A DNA stretch of 64,000 bases from the NCBI GenBank assembly GCA_018056245.1, contig JAGPFZ010000001.1:5038-69037 (forward strand). The letters are read 5' to 3'. Position 1 is the first letter of the stretch. The number at the start of each line of letters is the position of its first letter. This document shows, in pieces, positions 20,536-30,700 of this stretch. The notes beneath the pieces were generated by a model. The model was not told the origin of the DNA. It made no database searches and saw only the letters and a list, made by a program, of their open reading frames with translations. Source of the DNA: Bacteroidales bacterium (GTDB lineage Bacteria; Bacteroidota; Bacteroidia; Bacteroidales; VadinHA17). Both the position numbers and the translations under genes were made by a program.

Positions 20536-21513
20536 ATGAGTATGCTTGATACACAATATCTTGGACTGGAGATTAAATCTCCGGTTATTGTCGGAAGCTG
20601 CGGTTTTTCCTCAAAAATTGAAAAAATGAAAGAAGCAGAGACTTATGGTGCTGGTGCAATTGTTATGAAATCACTTTTCGAAGAACAGATAAATTCATTG
20701 ATTGCTTCTTCCCATGTACCAAATATTCATCCTGAAGCTGAAGATTATATGTCTAACTACATAAAATCACATTCTGTTGATGAATATTTAAAGTTGATAT
20801 CTGAGGCAAAAAAGAATCTTCATATTCCAGTTATTGCAAGCATAAATTGCATTACATCCGAAACATGGATTGAATTTGCAAGAAATATTGAAGGTGCAGG
20901 CGCCGATGCAATTGAGATTAATATGTTTTTTCTGCCTGTTAGTGGCAATATTTCACCGGAAGAGGCTGAAAAGCCTTATTTTATACTTGCCGAAAAGTTA
21001 AAAAAAACCATCAAAATCCCAATTGCAATAAAAATTGGATTCAGATTTACAAATGTTCTTAATCTGGTTGAAATGTTATATCGAAGAGGAATAGATGGTG
21101 TAGTAATGTTCAACAGGTTTTATGAGCCAGATATTGATATCGAAAAAATGAAAATAGTTCCAGCCACAATATTTAGCACAAGTTATGATTGTCGTTATGT
21201 ATTAAGGTGGATAGCCATGACGAGTGCTCTGAATATGAAGATTGATATTTCAGCTTCGACTGGAGTGCATAGTGGAAATGAGGCCATAAAATATATGCTT
21301 GCCGGGGCCACTACCGTACAGGTATGTTCCGTATTATATAAGAAAGGATTACAACAAATTAAAACAATTAATGAACAGATATCAGACTGGATGAAACGAA
21401 ATAACTTTAAAACGATTCAACAATTCAGGGGAAAACTGAACTATTCATCAATAAGTGAACCTATGGTGTTCGAAAGAACACAGTTTATGAAATATTTTTC
21501 ATCGCATGAATAG
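20536..21513 (+). CDS. dihydroorotate dehydrogenase-like TIM-barrel flavoprotein (paralogue family, substrate unknown)
   Basis: LGLEIKSPVIVGSCG...GAGAIVMKSLFEEQI...GADAIEIN...GVVMFNRF...GATTVQVCS. 325 aa. Confidence 0.7.
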   Translation: MSMLDTQYLGLEIKSPVIVGSCGFSSKIEKMKEAETYGAGAIVMKSLFEEQINSLIASSHVPNIHPEAEDYMSNYIKSHSVDEYLKLISEAKKNLHIPVIASINCITSETWIEFARNIEGAGADAIEINMFFLPVSGNISPEEAEKPYFILAEKLKKTIKIPIAIKIGFRFTNVLNLVEMLYRRGIDGVVMFNRFYEPDIDIEKMKIVPATIFSTSYDCRYVLRWIAMTSALNMKIDISASTGVHSGNEAIKYMLAGATTVQVCSVLYKKGLQQIKTINEQISDWMKRNNFKTIQQFRGKLNYSSISEPMVFERTQFMKYFSSHE

Positions 21514-21587
21514 TAAGCTTGGAATTCTATGGTTTACATAAAGGAATAATTAAAAGGAATAATTAGTAGTTTTTTTATTAAAAATTG

Positions 21588-21622
21588 AATTATAAATTGT
21601 AAATTATGAATCGTAAATCGTA
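21588..21622. repeat. heptamer tandem array (aattata aattgta aattatg aatcgta aatcgta)
   Basis: Five in-phase 7-nt units read directly, in the spacer between the DHOD-like gene and the lipoprotein gene. Confidence 0.7.
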
Positions 21623-21706
21623 ATTTAATTTATTTTCTGTTTTTGAAAAATAAAAATATTGTTCTAATTTAGTCGTTGATTTAGTTGAAATTAAAATTAT
21701 CATGTT

Positions 21707-22624
21707 ATGAATAAATTGTACAGAGCAGGAAGGGAACTTCTTACAGTACTTTTAATATTTGCATTATTTCTACCCGGTTGTGGCAGGGGTGGCGAGAAGC
21801 AAAAAAAGGAAGTTCCGCAAGTAGTTCAAAAAGATATTGAGCGGATTCAGGAAGAGATAAAACAAGCCGAAAAAATATTTAATGCACTCCCAACTCCTCT
21901 TGAATCGGCAATGTTAATAAAAAATGCAGGTGCAACATTCGACAAGAAATACCTGAATCCTATTGAGAATGTAAAGCTATATACAACTACTAGAAGTATG
22001 GCTCTTAATCTTGGGGTTTACACGTGCGATCTAAGCTTCGCAAGTCTTTACGACCAAACTCAGCTTATTATTGATTATATGAATGCTGCAAAAAAAATGG
22101 CAGATGGACTTGGAATACTCGATGCAATAAACGAGGAAACAATTACAAAGCTTGAGAATAATATAAACAACAAAGAAGCAATAATGGAAATTATTTCGGA
22201 GACGTTTCTTAACACTAACTCCTATCTTGCCGATAATAACCAATCAGCAATAGCAACCATAGTGCTTGTAGGGGGATGGATAGAAGGTCTTTATATTTCC
22301 ACTCAACTTGTAAATCTTAAGGATTTCGACGGGAACAAACTTGTTGCCACAATTATTGATCAGAAATTATCTATAGATATTCTTATTAATCTTCTTGAAA
22401 GTTATAAAGGTAATCCTATAATAGATGAACTAATCGTTCAAATGTTAAGACTAAAGAGCGTTTTTGATAAAATAAATATTCAGACAACACCAATAAAGAC
22501 CGAAATAGACCAGGCCACTAATGTAACGATTCTTAAATCAAAGGTTACAACCGATATGTCGTTGAATACATTTAAAGAACTTACTGCAGTAGTTAAAGAA
22601 ATAAGAGATTCATTTGTAAAATAA
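21707..22624 (+). CDS. hypothetical helical lipoprotein
   Basis: Lipobox LFLPGC, 305 aa, no recognisable catalytic motif. Lies 10 bp upstream of the next ORF. Confidence 0.55.
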   Translation: MNKLYRAGRELLTVLLIFALFLPGCGRGGEKQKKEVPQVVQKDIERIQEEIKQAEKIFNALPTPLESAMLIKNAGATFDKKYLNPIENVKLYTTTRSMALNLGVYTCDLSFASLYDQTQLIIDYMNAAKKMADGLGILDAINEETITKLENNINNKEAIMEIISETFLNTNSYLADNNQSAIATIVLVGGWIEGLYISTQLVNLKDFDGNKLVATIIDQKLSIDILINLLESYKGNPIIDELIVQMLRLKSVFDKINIQTTPIKTEIDQATNVTILKSKVTTDMSLNTFKELTAVVKEIRDSFVK

Positions 22625-22634
22625 ATAGAATAAT

Positions 22635-23078
22635 ATGAAAACAATCCGTATAATTTCTGCAATAACGCTTTTGCTTTTTGCACTTTCCGTTCCGTCTCAA
22701 TCGCAATGCAAAGCTTTTGCAAAAAAGGAAGGGATTCCTGAACTTGCACCTTATATTCACGACGGAAATTACCATGCGGCAATACTTGTTGAAGGTGAGG
22801 AAGCCGAATTATATAAGACATTTTATTCCGATATGGAATATAGAGTTGCCGTAATTGGTGAAAACAAACTACCGGCTGTGGAATTTAGGATTATGGATGA
22901 GAACAAAAACATTCTATATTCCAACAAAGACCACAACTATGCAAAAACATGGGATTTCAAACTTGAAGCAAGCAAACAGTTAAAACTGGTATTGAAAGTA
23001 TCAACATTCAATAAACCTGGTGATATACCGGCCAGCGGCTGCGTGGCAATTATGTTTGGATTTAAGGTTAAAAAATAA
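22635..23078 (+). CDS. hypothetical small secreted beta-rich protein
   Basis: Signal peptide (LLLFALSVPSQSQ), 147 aa, two Cys (positions 25 and 136). Likely co-transcribed with 21707..22624. Confidence 0.5.
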   Translation: MKTIRIISAITLLLFALSVPSQSQCKAFAKKEGIPELAPYIHDGNYHAAILVEGEEAELYKTFYSDMEYRVAVIGENKLPAVEFRIMDENKNILYSNKDHNYAKTWDFKLEASKQLKLVLKVSTFNKPGDIPASGCVAIMFGFKVKK

Positions 23079-23109
23079 TAGATAATGTTTTAATTATACT
23101 AAAAGCGCT

Positions 23110-25944
23110 TTAAACTTTAAGCGTTTTTTTTTCAATTATTCGATTCAATTTTTTTCTTAGGAAACGTCCCGTATGCGAAGCTTCACATTTGATTATTTCT
23201 TCAGGTGTACCTTCGAAAACTATATAGCCTCCATTTTCTCCTCCTTCTGGTCCAAGATCAATAATCCAGTCGGCACATTTTATTACTTCCGGGTTATGTT
23301 CGATAAGAATTACCGAATGTCCATGTTCTATAAGGGCATTCAGTGATTTGAGAAGTTTATTGATATCATGAAAATGAAGCCCCGTAGTAGGTTCGTCAAA
23401 AATAAATAATATGTGTCCGGATTTTTTTTCCTGACTCAGGAAATATGCCAGTTTCACTCTCTGGCTTTCCCCACCTGACAGGGTGCTCGACGACTGTCCG
23501 AGTTTTATATAACCTAAACCTGTGTCGGAAAGTGGTTTGAGTTTTTCAATTATTCTTTTTTCAGACTTGCCATTACTCTGCCCAAAAAAATTAATAGCTT
23601 CATCAACAGTCATCTCGAGTACATCATAAATATTTTTTCCACGATATGTGACTTCAAGAATTTCACGCTTAAACCTTTTTCCTTTGCATGCTTCACAAAC
23701 AAGTTCAATATCTGCCATAAATTGCATTTCCACTTTTATTGTTCCTTCTCCCTGACATTCCTCACATCTCCCTCCTTCAACATTGAAGGAAAAGTGTGAG
23801 GGTTTGAAGTTGTTTTGTACCGATGATTGTTGTTCTGCAAAAAGCTTTCTTATCTCGTCGTATGCTTTGAGATAAGTTACAGGATTCGACCTGCTTGATT
23901 TACCAATTGGATTTTGATCCACCATCTCAACTCCGGTCAAAGAATTAATATCACCTACAATCTCACTGAATTGTCCGGGTTTTAATCCTGTTCCATTTAT
24001 TGTACTGTTTAAAGCCCTATAAAGTATATCGTCAACAAGGCTCGACTTTCCACTTCCGCTTACTCCTGTTACAACCGTAATTATGTGAAGAGGAAATTTT
24101 ACATCTATCGATTTCAAATTATTTTCTCTTGCACCTTTTATTTCAATATAGCTGTTCCATGGTCTTCTAATTTCTGGCACTTCTATTCTAAGCTTTCCGT
24201 TTAAGTACAGCGAAGTAAGCGAAGCAGGAAGATTATCACCTTCCGGTTTCCCCTGATAAACTACTTCACCTCCATTTATGCCAGCACCCGGGCCCATATC
24301 AACAATCTCGTCGGCGGCTCTAATTATTTCCTCTTCGTGCTCTACAACTATTACTGTATTGCCTATGTCGCGAAGCTCGGACAAAACTGCTATTAAAAGG
24401 CCTGTATCGCGCGGATGTAAACCAATGCTTGGCTCATCAAGTATATACATTGATCCGGTAAGGTTACTACCAAGTGAAGTTACAAGATTTATCCTCTGTG
24501 ACTCACCACCAGATAATGTGGATGAAAGCCTGTCGAGAGTAAGGTATGGAAGCCCCACATTGACGATGAAATTGAGGCGAGAAGTTATTTCCGTTAAAAG
24601 TCTATCTGCAATTTTTTGGTCATATTCCGAAAGGATTAACGATGTAAAAAATTCAAGCAGTTTCCCAACAGGCATTGTAACAAGCTCATTTATCGACTTG
24701 CCTGCAACTTTTACATAAAGCGCTTCCTTTCTCAAACGTGAGCCCTTGCAGGCGGGACATAGAGTTTTGCCACGATAACGGCTTAGAATTATGCGATTCT
24801 GAATTTTGTATTTTTTTTCTTCTAGATATTGGAAGAAGCTATTTATTCCATAAAAATATTCGTTCCCTTCCCAGAGTAATTGCTTCTGTTCCGGAGTTAG
24901 CTGATAATAAGGTTTGTGAATGGGAAAACCAAAGAGATGAGCGGTTGATATAAGTTTCTCCTTCCACCATTTCATTGTCTCTCCTTTCCAGCAAGTGATA
25001 GCATCGTCATAAACTGATAGATTCTGATTAGGTATGACAAGGTTTTCATCAATGCCTATAATTTTTCCATATCCTTCACAAACCGGACAGGCACCAATCG
25101 GATTATTAAAACTGAAAAGATGTTCCGTAGGCTCTATGAACTGTAAACCATCTTCTTCAAATCTATCTGAGAAGTTTTCCCGGATAATTTTATCTTCCTC
25201 GAAGACAATAACCTGACAAAAGCCCTTTCCTGCACTGAAAGCCGTCTGTACTGAATCGGCTAACCGACTCACGCTCTCTTCGGAATGATTCAATATTAGA
25301 CGATCAATTACTATATTTATTTTTTGCCCGGCTTCGAAAACTGGAAAGGAATTATTATTATCAATTCTTATTAACTCTCCGTTGAGTTCTATTCTGTTAA
25401 AACCCTGTTTTATAAGGAACGAAAAATATTCATTTTGAGACAGTTTTGAAGGTATCTCCAAAGGTGCTATAATTATAGCAACAGTATCCTCCGAAAACTG
25501 CTGTAAATACTTTACTACATCATCAACGCTATGTTTTTTTACTTCTTTACCTGATATCGGTGAAAATGTCCTACCAATGCGTGCATAAAGAAGCCTCAGG
25601 TAATCATATATTTCTGTTGTTGTTCCAACTGTTGAACGTGAATTTCTTGTATTTACTTTTTGCTCGATAGCAATGGCAGGAGGTATTCCGTTTATAAAAT
25701 CAACTTCGGGCTTGTTTATCCTTCCAAGAAACTGACGCGCATAAGAAGAAAGACTCTCGACATACCTTCTTTGCCCCTCAGCATATATTGTATCGAAAGC
25801 CAGTGATGATTTGCCCGAGCCCGATACACCCGTTATGACTATAAGTCTGTCTCTAGGAATATTAAGATTTATATTTTTAAGGTTGTGAACTCTCGCTCCC
25901 TTAATTTCTATACTCCCCTCCATTTCAAGTTTATTTGCCTGCAT
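23110..25944 (-). CDS. uvrA: excinuclease ABC subunit A
   Basis: Two ABC modules ([10 protein letters not shown] twice, LSGGESQR twice), zinc-finger Cys clusters ([16 protein letters not shown]...CEACKG). I prefer the ATG at 25944 over the upstream TTG at 25962. Confidence 0.95.
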   Translation of the reverse strand: MQANKLEMEGSIEIKGARVHNLKNINLNIPRDRLIVITGVSGSGKSSLAFDTIYAEGQRRYVESLSSYARQFLGRINKPEVDFINGIPPAIAIEQKVNTRNSRSTVGTTTEIYDYLRLLYARIGRTFSPISGKEVKKHSVDDVVKYLQQFSEDTVAIIIAPLEIPSKLSQNEYFSFLIKQGFNRIELNGELIRIDNNNSFPVFEAGQKINIVIDRLILNHSEESVSRLADSVQTAFSAGKGFCQVIVFEEDKIIRENFSDRFEEDGLQFIEPTEHLFSFNNPIGACPVCEGYGKIIGIDENLVIPNQNLSVYDDAITCWKGETMKWWKEKLISTAHLFGFPIHKPYYQLTPEQKQLLWEGNEYFYGINSFFQYLEEKKYKIQNRIILSRYRGKTLCPACKGSRLRKEALYVKVAGKSINELVTMPVGKLLEFFTSLILSEYDQKIADRLLTEITSRLNFIVNVGLPYLTLDRLSSTLSGGESQRINLVTSLGSNLTGSMYILDEPSIGLHPRDTGLLIAVLSELRDIGNTVIVVEHEEEIIRAADEIVDMGPGAGINGGEVVYQGKPEGDNLPASLTSLYLNGKLRIEVPEIRRPWNSYIEIKGARENNLKSIDVKFPLHIITVVTGVSGSGKSSLVDDILYRALNSTINGTGLKPGQFSEIVGDINSLTGVEMVDQNPIGKSSRSNPVTYLKAYDEIRKLFAEQQSSVQNNFKPSHFSFNVEGGRCEECQGEGTIKVEMQFMADIELVCEACKGKRFKREILEVTYRGKNIYDVLEMTVDEAINFFGQSNGKSEKRIIEKLKPLSDTGLGYIKLGQSSSTLSGGESQRVKLAYFLSQEKKSGHILFIFDEPTTGLHFHDINKLLKSLNALIEHGHSVILIEHNPEVIKCADWIIDLGPEGGENGGYIVFEGTPEEIIKCEASHTGRFLRKKLNRIIEKKTLKV

Positions 25945-26094
25945 TTTTGGTCTATTCGTCAAAATATTTTGTTAAAAATGCAAAATTACTTCTTTTCATT
26001 TTAATATTTTTTGTTTATTTGTGTTCGTAATAACCAATTAATTAAAGACTGCCTATCGAATATCTCTACTCTTTTTATAATTAAAGAGCGAGTT

Positions 26095-26682
26095 ATGAAG
26101 AAAAATCTTTCCGATTTTGAACTCATTCAGATGTTCAAAAATGGTGAGCAGTCATGCTTTGAAGAATTAATCAGGCGTTATAAAAACAAAGTGTATGCTT
26201 ACATTGGCATGTATATACATGACCAGGCCCTTGCCGAAGATATTTTCCAGGATACTTTTCTTAAAGTAATCCAGTCATTAAAAAGTGGAAAATATTCTGA
26301 CGACGGCCGGTTTCTTTCTTGGGTTATCAGAATAGCTCACAATCTTATTATTGACCATTTCAGAAGATTGAAACAATTAAATGTAATTCTGAACGATGAT
26401 TATGAATCTGACCTGTTTAATTCAAAGTCACTTGCTGATAGAAACGTCGAGGAGAACATGGTAAAGGTCCAGATAAGAAAGGATGTGAGAAAACTAGTAA
26501 ACCAGCTACCTGAAGACCAGCGTGAAGTTGTAATAATGAGACATTATACAGGTCTAAGCTTCAAGGAGATAGCTGACATTACAGGTGTGAGTATTAATAC
26601 TGCACTTGGCAGAATGAGATATGCACTTATCAATTTACGGAGAATGATGCAGGAAAAACAGATAACTCTTACTTTTTATTAA
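26095..26682 (+). CDS. ECF-type RNA polymerase sigma-70 family factor
   Basis: Region 2 (AEDIFQDTFLKV...WVIRIAHNLIIDHFRR) and region 4 HTH (LPEDQREVVIMRHYTGLSFKEIADITGVSINTALGRMRYA). I prefer the ATG at 26095. Confidence 0.85.
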   Translation: MKKNLSDFELIQMFKNGEQSCFEELIRRYKNKVYAYIGMYIHDQALAEDIFQDTFLKVIQSLKSGKYSDDGRFLSWVIRIAHNLIIDHFRRLKQLNVILNDDYESDLFNSKSLADRNVEENMVKVQIRKDVRKLVNQLPEDQREVVIMRHYTGLSFKEIADITGVSINTALGRMRYALINLRRMMQEKQITLTFY

Positions 26683-26704
26683 TACATCAATCATACTTTT
26701 TTAA

Positions 26705-26932
26705 ATGGTATACCGTTTTATAAAAAATAAAATGGTATTGCCTGTGAATTTAATTTCTACCAAACTTATTTCATACTTCAATATTAATCCTGATGAAACT
26801 GATATTTATGACGATGCATGGGGATTTTCATCCGAATTTGCCGATGTATTGAATTTCCTTGGAACAATAGATGACGAACCTCCTTCAGCCACCACTGAAA
26901 AACTGCTTGAAATAATCAATAAAAAATTGTGA
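26705..26932 (+). CDS. hypothetical small acidic protein downstream of the ECF sigma gene
   Basis: 75-aa ORF filling the sigma/rsmE gap. No TM helix or zinc motif. Coding status uncertain. Confidence 0.35.
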   Translation: MVYRFIKNKMVLPVNLISTKLISYFNINPDETDIYDDAWGFSSEFADVLNFLGTIDDEPPSATTEKLLEIINKKL

Positions 26933-26973
26933 AAAATTTCACAAAAAGCATAGAATGGCTATATATCAGACAT

Positions 26974-27681
26974 TTATCTCTGATTGAGCAAGTAAATGGA
27001 AAAGCAGGCGGCAATGGCTGCCGTTTCACTTCTCAAACGGCTGGGCCCAAGATGAGCCGAAACAAACCCTTTTGTAATAGCGTCGTGAATTTCACCTCCG
27101 GCAAAATCACCTTCAGGACCTATTAGAAAAACTACTTCCTTTTCTCTTTTATATAATTTTAAAATGGATTCTTTTTCAAATTCATCGGAACAATGAGCTA
27201 TCAACTTCAATCCGCTCCAGTTTTGTAAAATGAATTCATTGAAATCAGTAACAGGGTTAAGAACTGTAAGTCTGGCTTTTAAGGATTGCTTCATTGCTGA
27301 AATTATAATACTTTTAATTCTTTCTTTCCGAATGCTTTTTTTTTCAGTTTTATTACAAATAATGGGAGTTATTTCATCAACTCCGATCTCGACACATTTT
27401 TCAACAAGCCAGTCGAACCTTTCGGGGTTTTTTAACGGAGAAACTGCAAGATGCAGCTTGTAAGCTCTTGAATCGTAATTATATATAACATTCCTTATAG
27501 TTATTACGCATGCCTTTGGATTTGGATCAGAGATTTCACCTTCATAAAGGTTCCCTTTACCGTCAATTAGCTTTACAATATCGGATTTACCCAGACGAAG
27601 AACTTTCACGCAATGCCGCGACTCATTTTCATCAAGCACACAAGAATTTCCTGCTATATCCAGAGTGTAAAATACCTGCAT
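26974..27681 (-). CDS. rsmE: 16S rRNA (uracil1498-N3)-methyltransferase
   Basis: N-terminal PUA-like domain (E.RH..VLRL..GD), C-terminal SPOUT knot (LIGPEGDF...E......GF....LGPSRLRSETAA). 235 aa. Confidence 0.85.
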   Translation of the reverse strand: MQVFYTLDIAGNSCVLDENESRHCVKVLRLGKSDIVKLIDGKGNLYEGEISDPNPKACVITIRNVIYNYDSRAYKLHLAVSPLKNPERFDWLVEKCVEIGVDEITPIICNKTEKKSIRKERIKSIIISAMKQSLKARLTVLNPVTDFNEFILQNWSGLKLIAHCSDEFEKESILKLYKREKEVVFLIGPEGDFAGGEIHDAITKGFVSAHLGPSRLRSETAAIAACFSIYLLNQR

Positions 27682-27715
27682 AATTAATTGATTTAAAGTT
27701 TACCCGAATTTATTT

Positions 27716-30700
27716 CTATTCATCGGTTTGCTGTTCTGATTCCATTCTTTGCAGAAAACGAGGAAGCCGGTCTTCCACAGAAATCATATAGGTGTATGGC
27801 ACTCTCACAGAAGATTCGGGATGTTTGCGGTCTTTAAGTTTGATAGTTGAAATCAGAGTGTTGTAATCATTGTTTCCTGATTGAGTCATCAGTACCCCTC
27901 TGAAATATGAGAAATAATACCATGTATTATTATCTGCTTTAAGGTAGATATCGAGCATATCGCCCGATCTTCTTCGTTGGATTTCAACAAAACCATCAAC
28001 ATACACATTTACTGACTGCGTACCAATGAGTCCGATCCCTATTTTTCCTTTCGAACGAAATGAAGATGTCGGCTCATTCCAGTATAGCTTAACATCATTA
28101 AGCAGAAGCTCAAAAGAATATTCTTTTGGTAGGCTTCTTATTGTTCCATAGAGTCCTATTTCTTCATTTATCCTCCCGGCAACGTTTTCTCCAAGAAGAT
28201 TTTTCATACCTACGATATAATTTTCCGAATTAAGATTAACGGGTGAAAGTGTTGGGACTCTTTTTATTTCATTGCTCATAATATTTAGAGCTTCGGGAGA
28301 AAAATAAAAATCGAAGGCAAGTATGGATTCAAAGGTCACTTTCCCCGAATCAATATTATGGATTACTTTTCCTGATGCTGATATTTTGAGGAGATCGTAA
28401 TTTGCACCAAAATTTAATGCTCCTTCTCCTGAAAGGATGCAATAGTTTTTATCGAAAGTTATCATGCTGCCCGGCAACGTCAGATCGGCGAGTTTCTGCA
28501 TCGAAGCTATCCTGTAGAGCCCTTTTTCTTTTTCATACCAAATAAATCCATTGGCGTTTACAATCAGTGCATCGCTCCATGATTTGCGTTCTGAAAGAAA
28601 AGTCGGATAGATATGTGCTGAATCAACAGCAATGAATGAACCTGAAAATACCAGATTATCGTTAATATCTCTCGGTTTTTCAGGATATGGGATCATTACC
28701 ATTTTAGGATTTATCTGTGAGCTGAATTTTACATTATAGCTTTTCAGGCTACATTTATGAACAATACCTGCAGCTCCGGTAAAAATAAGATGCTCATTTG
28801 ATGCTGATAGTAATACATCACCTGCAAAAGTAAAGGCCGGGCTCAACATAAAATTTTGATTAATGGAAATATTTCCTATACCACTGGTAGCACCTTTATC
28901 GGTTGCTATTTTATTAAAGCTTATTTGCTGAATGTTGTTTTCTTCATCAATATAATTGTAAACAGCACTCCCGTTGTAATTCATACTATTTTCAATAATA
29001 ATATTAGCCGAATGTAGTAGATGCCTATTATTTACGGCAATTATAGCATTCTTTAACTGTTGAATTCTTGCGCCTCTTTCGATAATAATCTTTCCATTTT
29101 CAGGCTGAATAAGGGCATCGGCAATATGTATGTAATTGATGTTCTCAGCTTCGACAATTTCCCGGTTTAGGTCATATTTCCCTTTCCATGAGGTGAATGC
29201 AATAGTATCCTTTATGATATTGGTTGAAAAAAATGTTGGCTCATCAAGCCTGTTGAAGTCCACCTTAAGAAGTTCTTCGGGAGACAAGAGAGGTGCTGAT
29301 GTTTTTCCTCTCTGTTCCATGCTGAGAATTCTTTCTTTCATATTATACTGAAAATCAGTCATTGTACAGATGTATTGTATTTCAGGTAACTTGACGACCG
29401 AAGTGCCTGTATTTAGACTGAACTTAGATACATTCGCATTGAAGTCGATAGTTGCATTGACATTTTCAGCAATAAATGAAAAATTATCACCCCCGCGCGG
29501 GGATATAAGATTATAATCGGCAGTATCGGCCTGAATAGTACTTGTAGTGAAGTTAAATCCTTTTGAGACAATCCGTGAGTCTGTAAAATCAATATTTCCC
29601 GAACCTTTAAGAGCTGTCGAAGTGAGTATAATTTTACCGTCGAGTTGAGTTCCGTTCCCAAACATGTCAAATTTTTTTCCCTGAGCATTATATGCTATCC
29701 ATTCGTCCTTTTCCGTATACCATTTAATTTCGGGGTCAATTACTTTCAATTCCGGAAACAAACCATTACCGTCAGGAGAAATGGTAAATAATCTTGCTTT
29801 TGTAAGCATCGAATCAGGAAAAAATTTAAATAAATCGGACTCTGTAACCGAAGTTAGTCTGCAAAGAGTTCCTATTCCTTCAAGCCCTTTATTGCTCATT
29901 GCAATAGTATTATACATTTTTCCTTTTCCGCTATACACTTCAATACCTTCATCGGGGATATTCATTGTAAATCCTAATGAATTGTCGGGCTGGATAATAA
30001 GATATTGTCTTGAAGGTTTTAATATTCCTCCTCCGTAAAACTCACCCGGGAGGCTCATCATTTCATTTGTATAGTGATCAATGTTTTCGTATGTAAAAGG
30101 ATCTATTTTGAAATAAAAATCCTGCTGCTTGTATATACCTTCCAGGCCTGGAATCTTATCGAAGAAAATATAAGAATAAGCTGTGGCATTTATTATCGGA
30201 TATTGAGCCAGACTCTTAAGTCCTGATTTATTGTCGGGCCGATCAATATATAATTCGGCAGTTGTAAGCTGAATAAGATTATTAATATCTTTAATAAGCG
30301 GGCGTCCGAGATTATCTCTCTGGTCAGTTTCAACTGCAATCATTATCGAGTCAATTTTATGCAGGTTTATCTTGAATGTATCATAGTCGAATATGAACTC
30401 ATGGCCGAATATTGTAAATAGACCTGCTTCGACTGCACCATCGAATGAGATACTTCGGTTTTTGCCCACGACAATTCTTTCGTCGTAGGGATAGATTGCA
30501 ACACTTTGAGAATCGCTCAGGAAAACTTCCGGCACTCCATTGATTACAAGTCTGTAATTTGTCAGGTCGAGGATTGCATTTTCGGTAGATGCATCGGTTT
30601 CACTGTTTATATTTATAACATCATAATCCTTTTTACCGGCATAAGAAGCTATAAAATCGTCTACTTTTTTCTTTATCGTAACCTCGTTATGATTTTTATC

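Noticed and set aside
23101-23132. Hairpin plus T9 run that might terminate the 22635..23078 gene
   Set aside because: The stem is only about 5 bp (cgctt/aagcg) with a bulge, and it lies across the uvrA stop codon. The T-run is real, but the structure is too weak to call.
26011-26094. N-terminal extension of the sigma factor from an upstream alternative start
   Set aside because: The extension (MFICVRNNQLIKDCLSNISTLFIIKERV) is not sigma-like. The ATG at 26095 gives a canonical ECF N-terminus.
26929-27126. 65-aa plus-strand ORF following the small post-sigma ORF
   Set aside because: It lies antisense within the conserved C-terminal SPOUT domain of rsmE.
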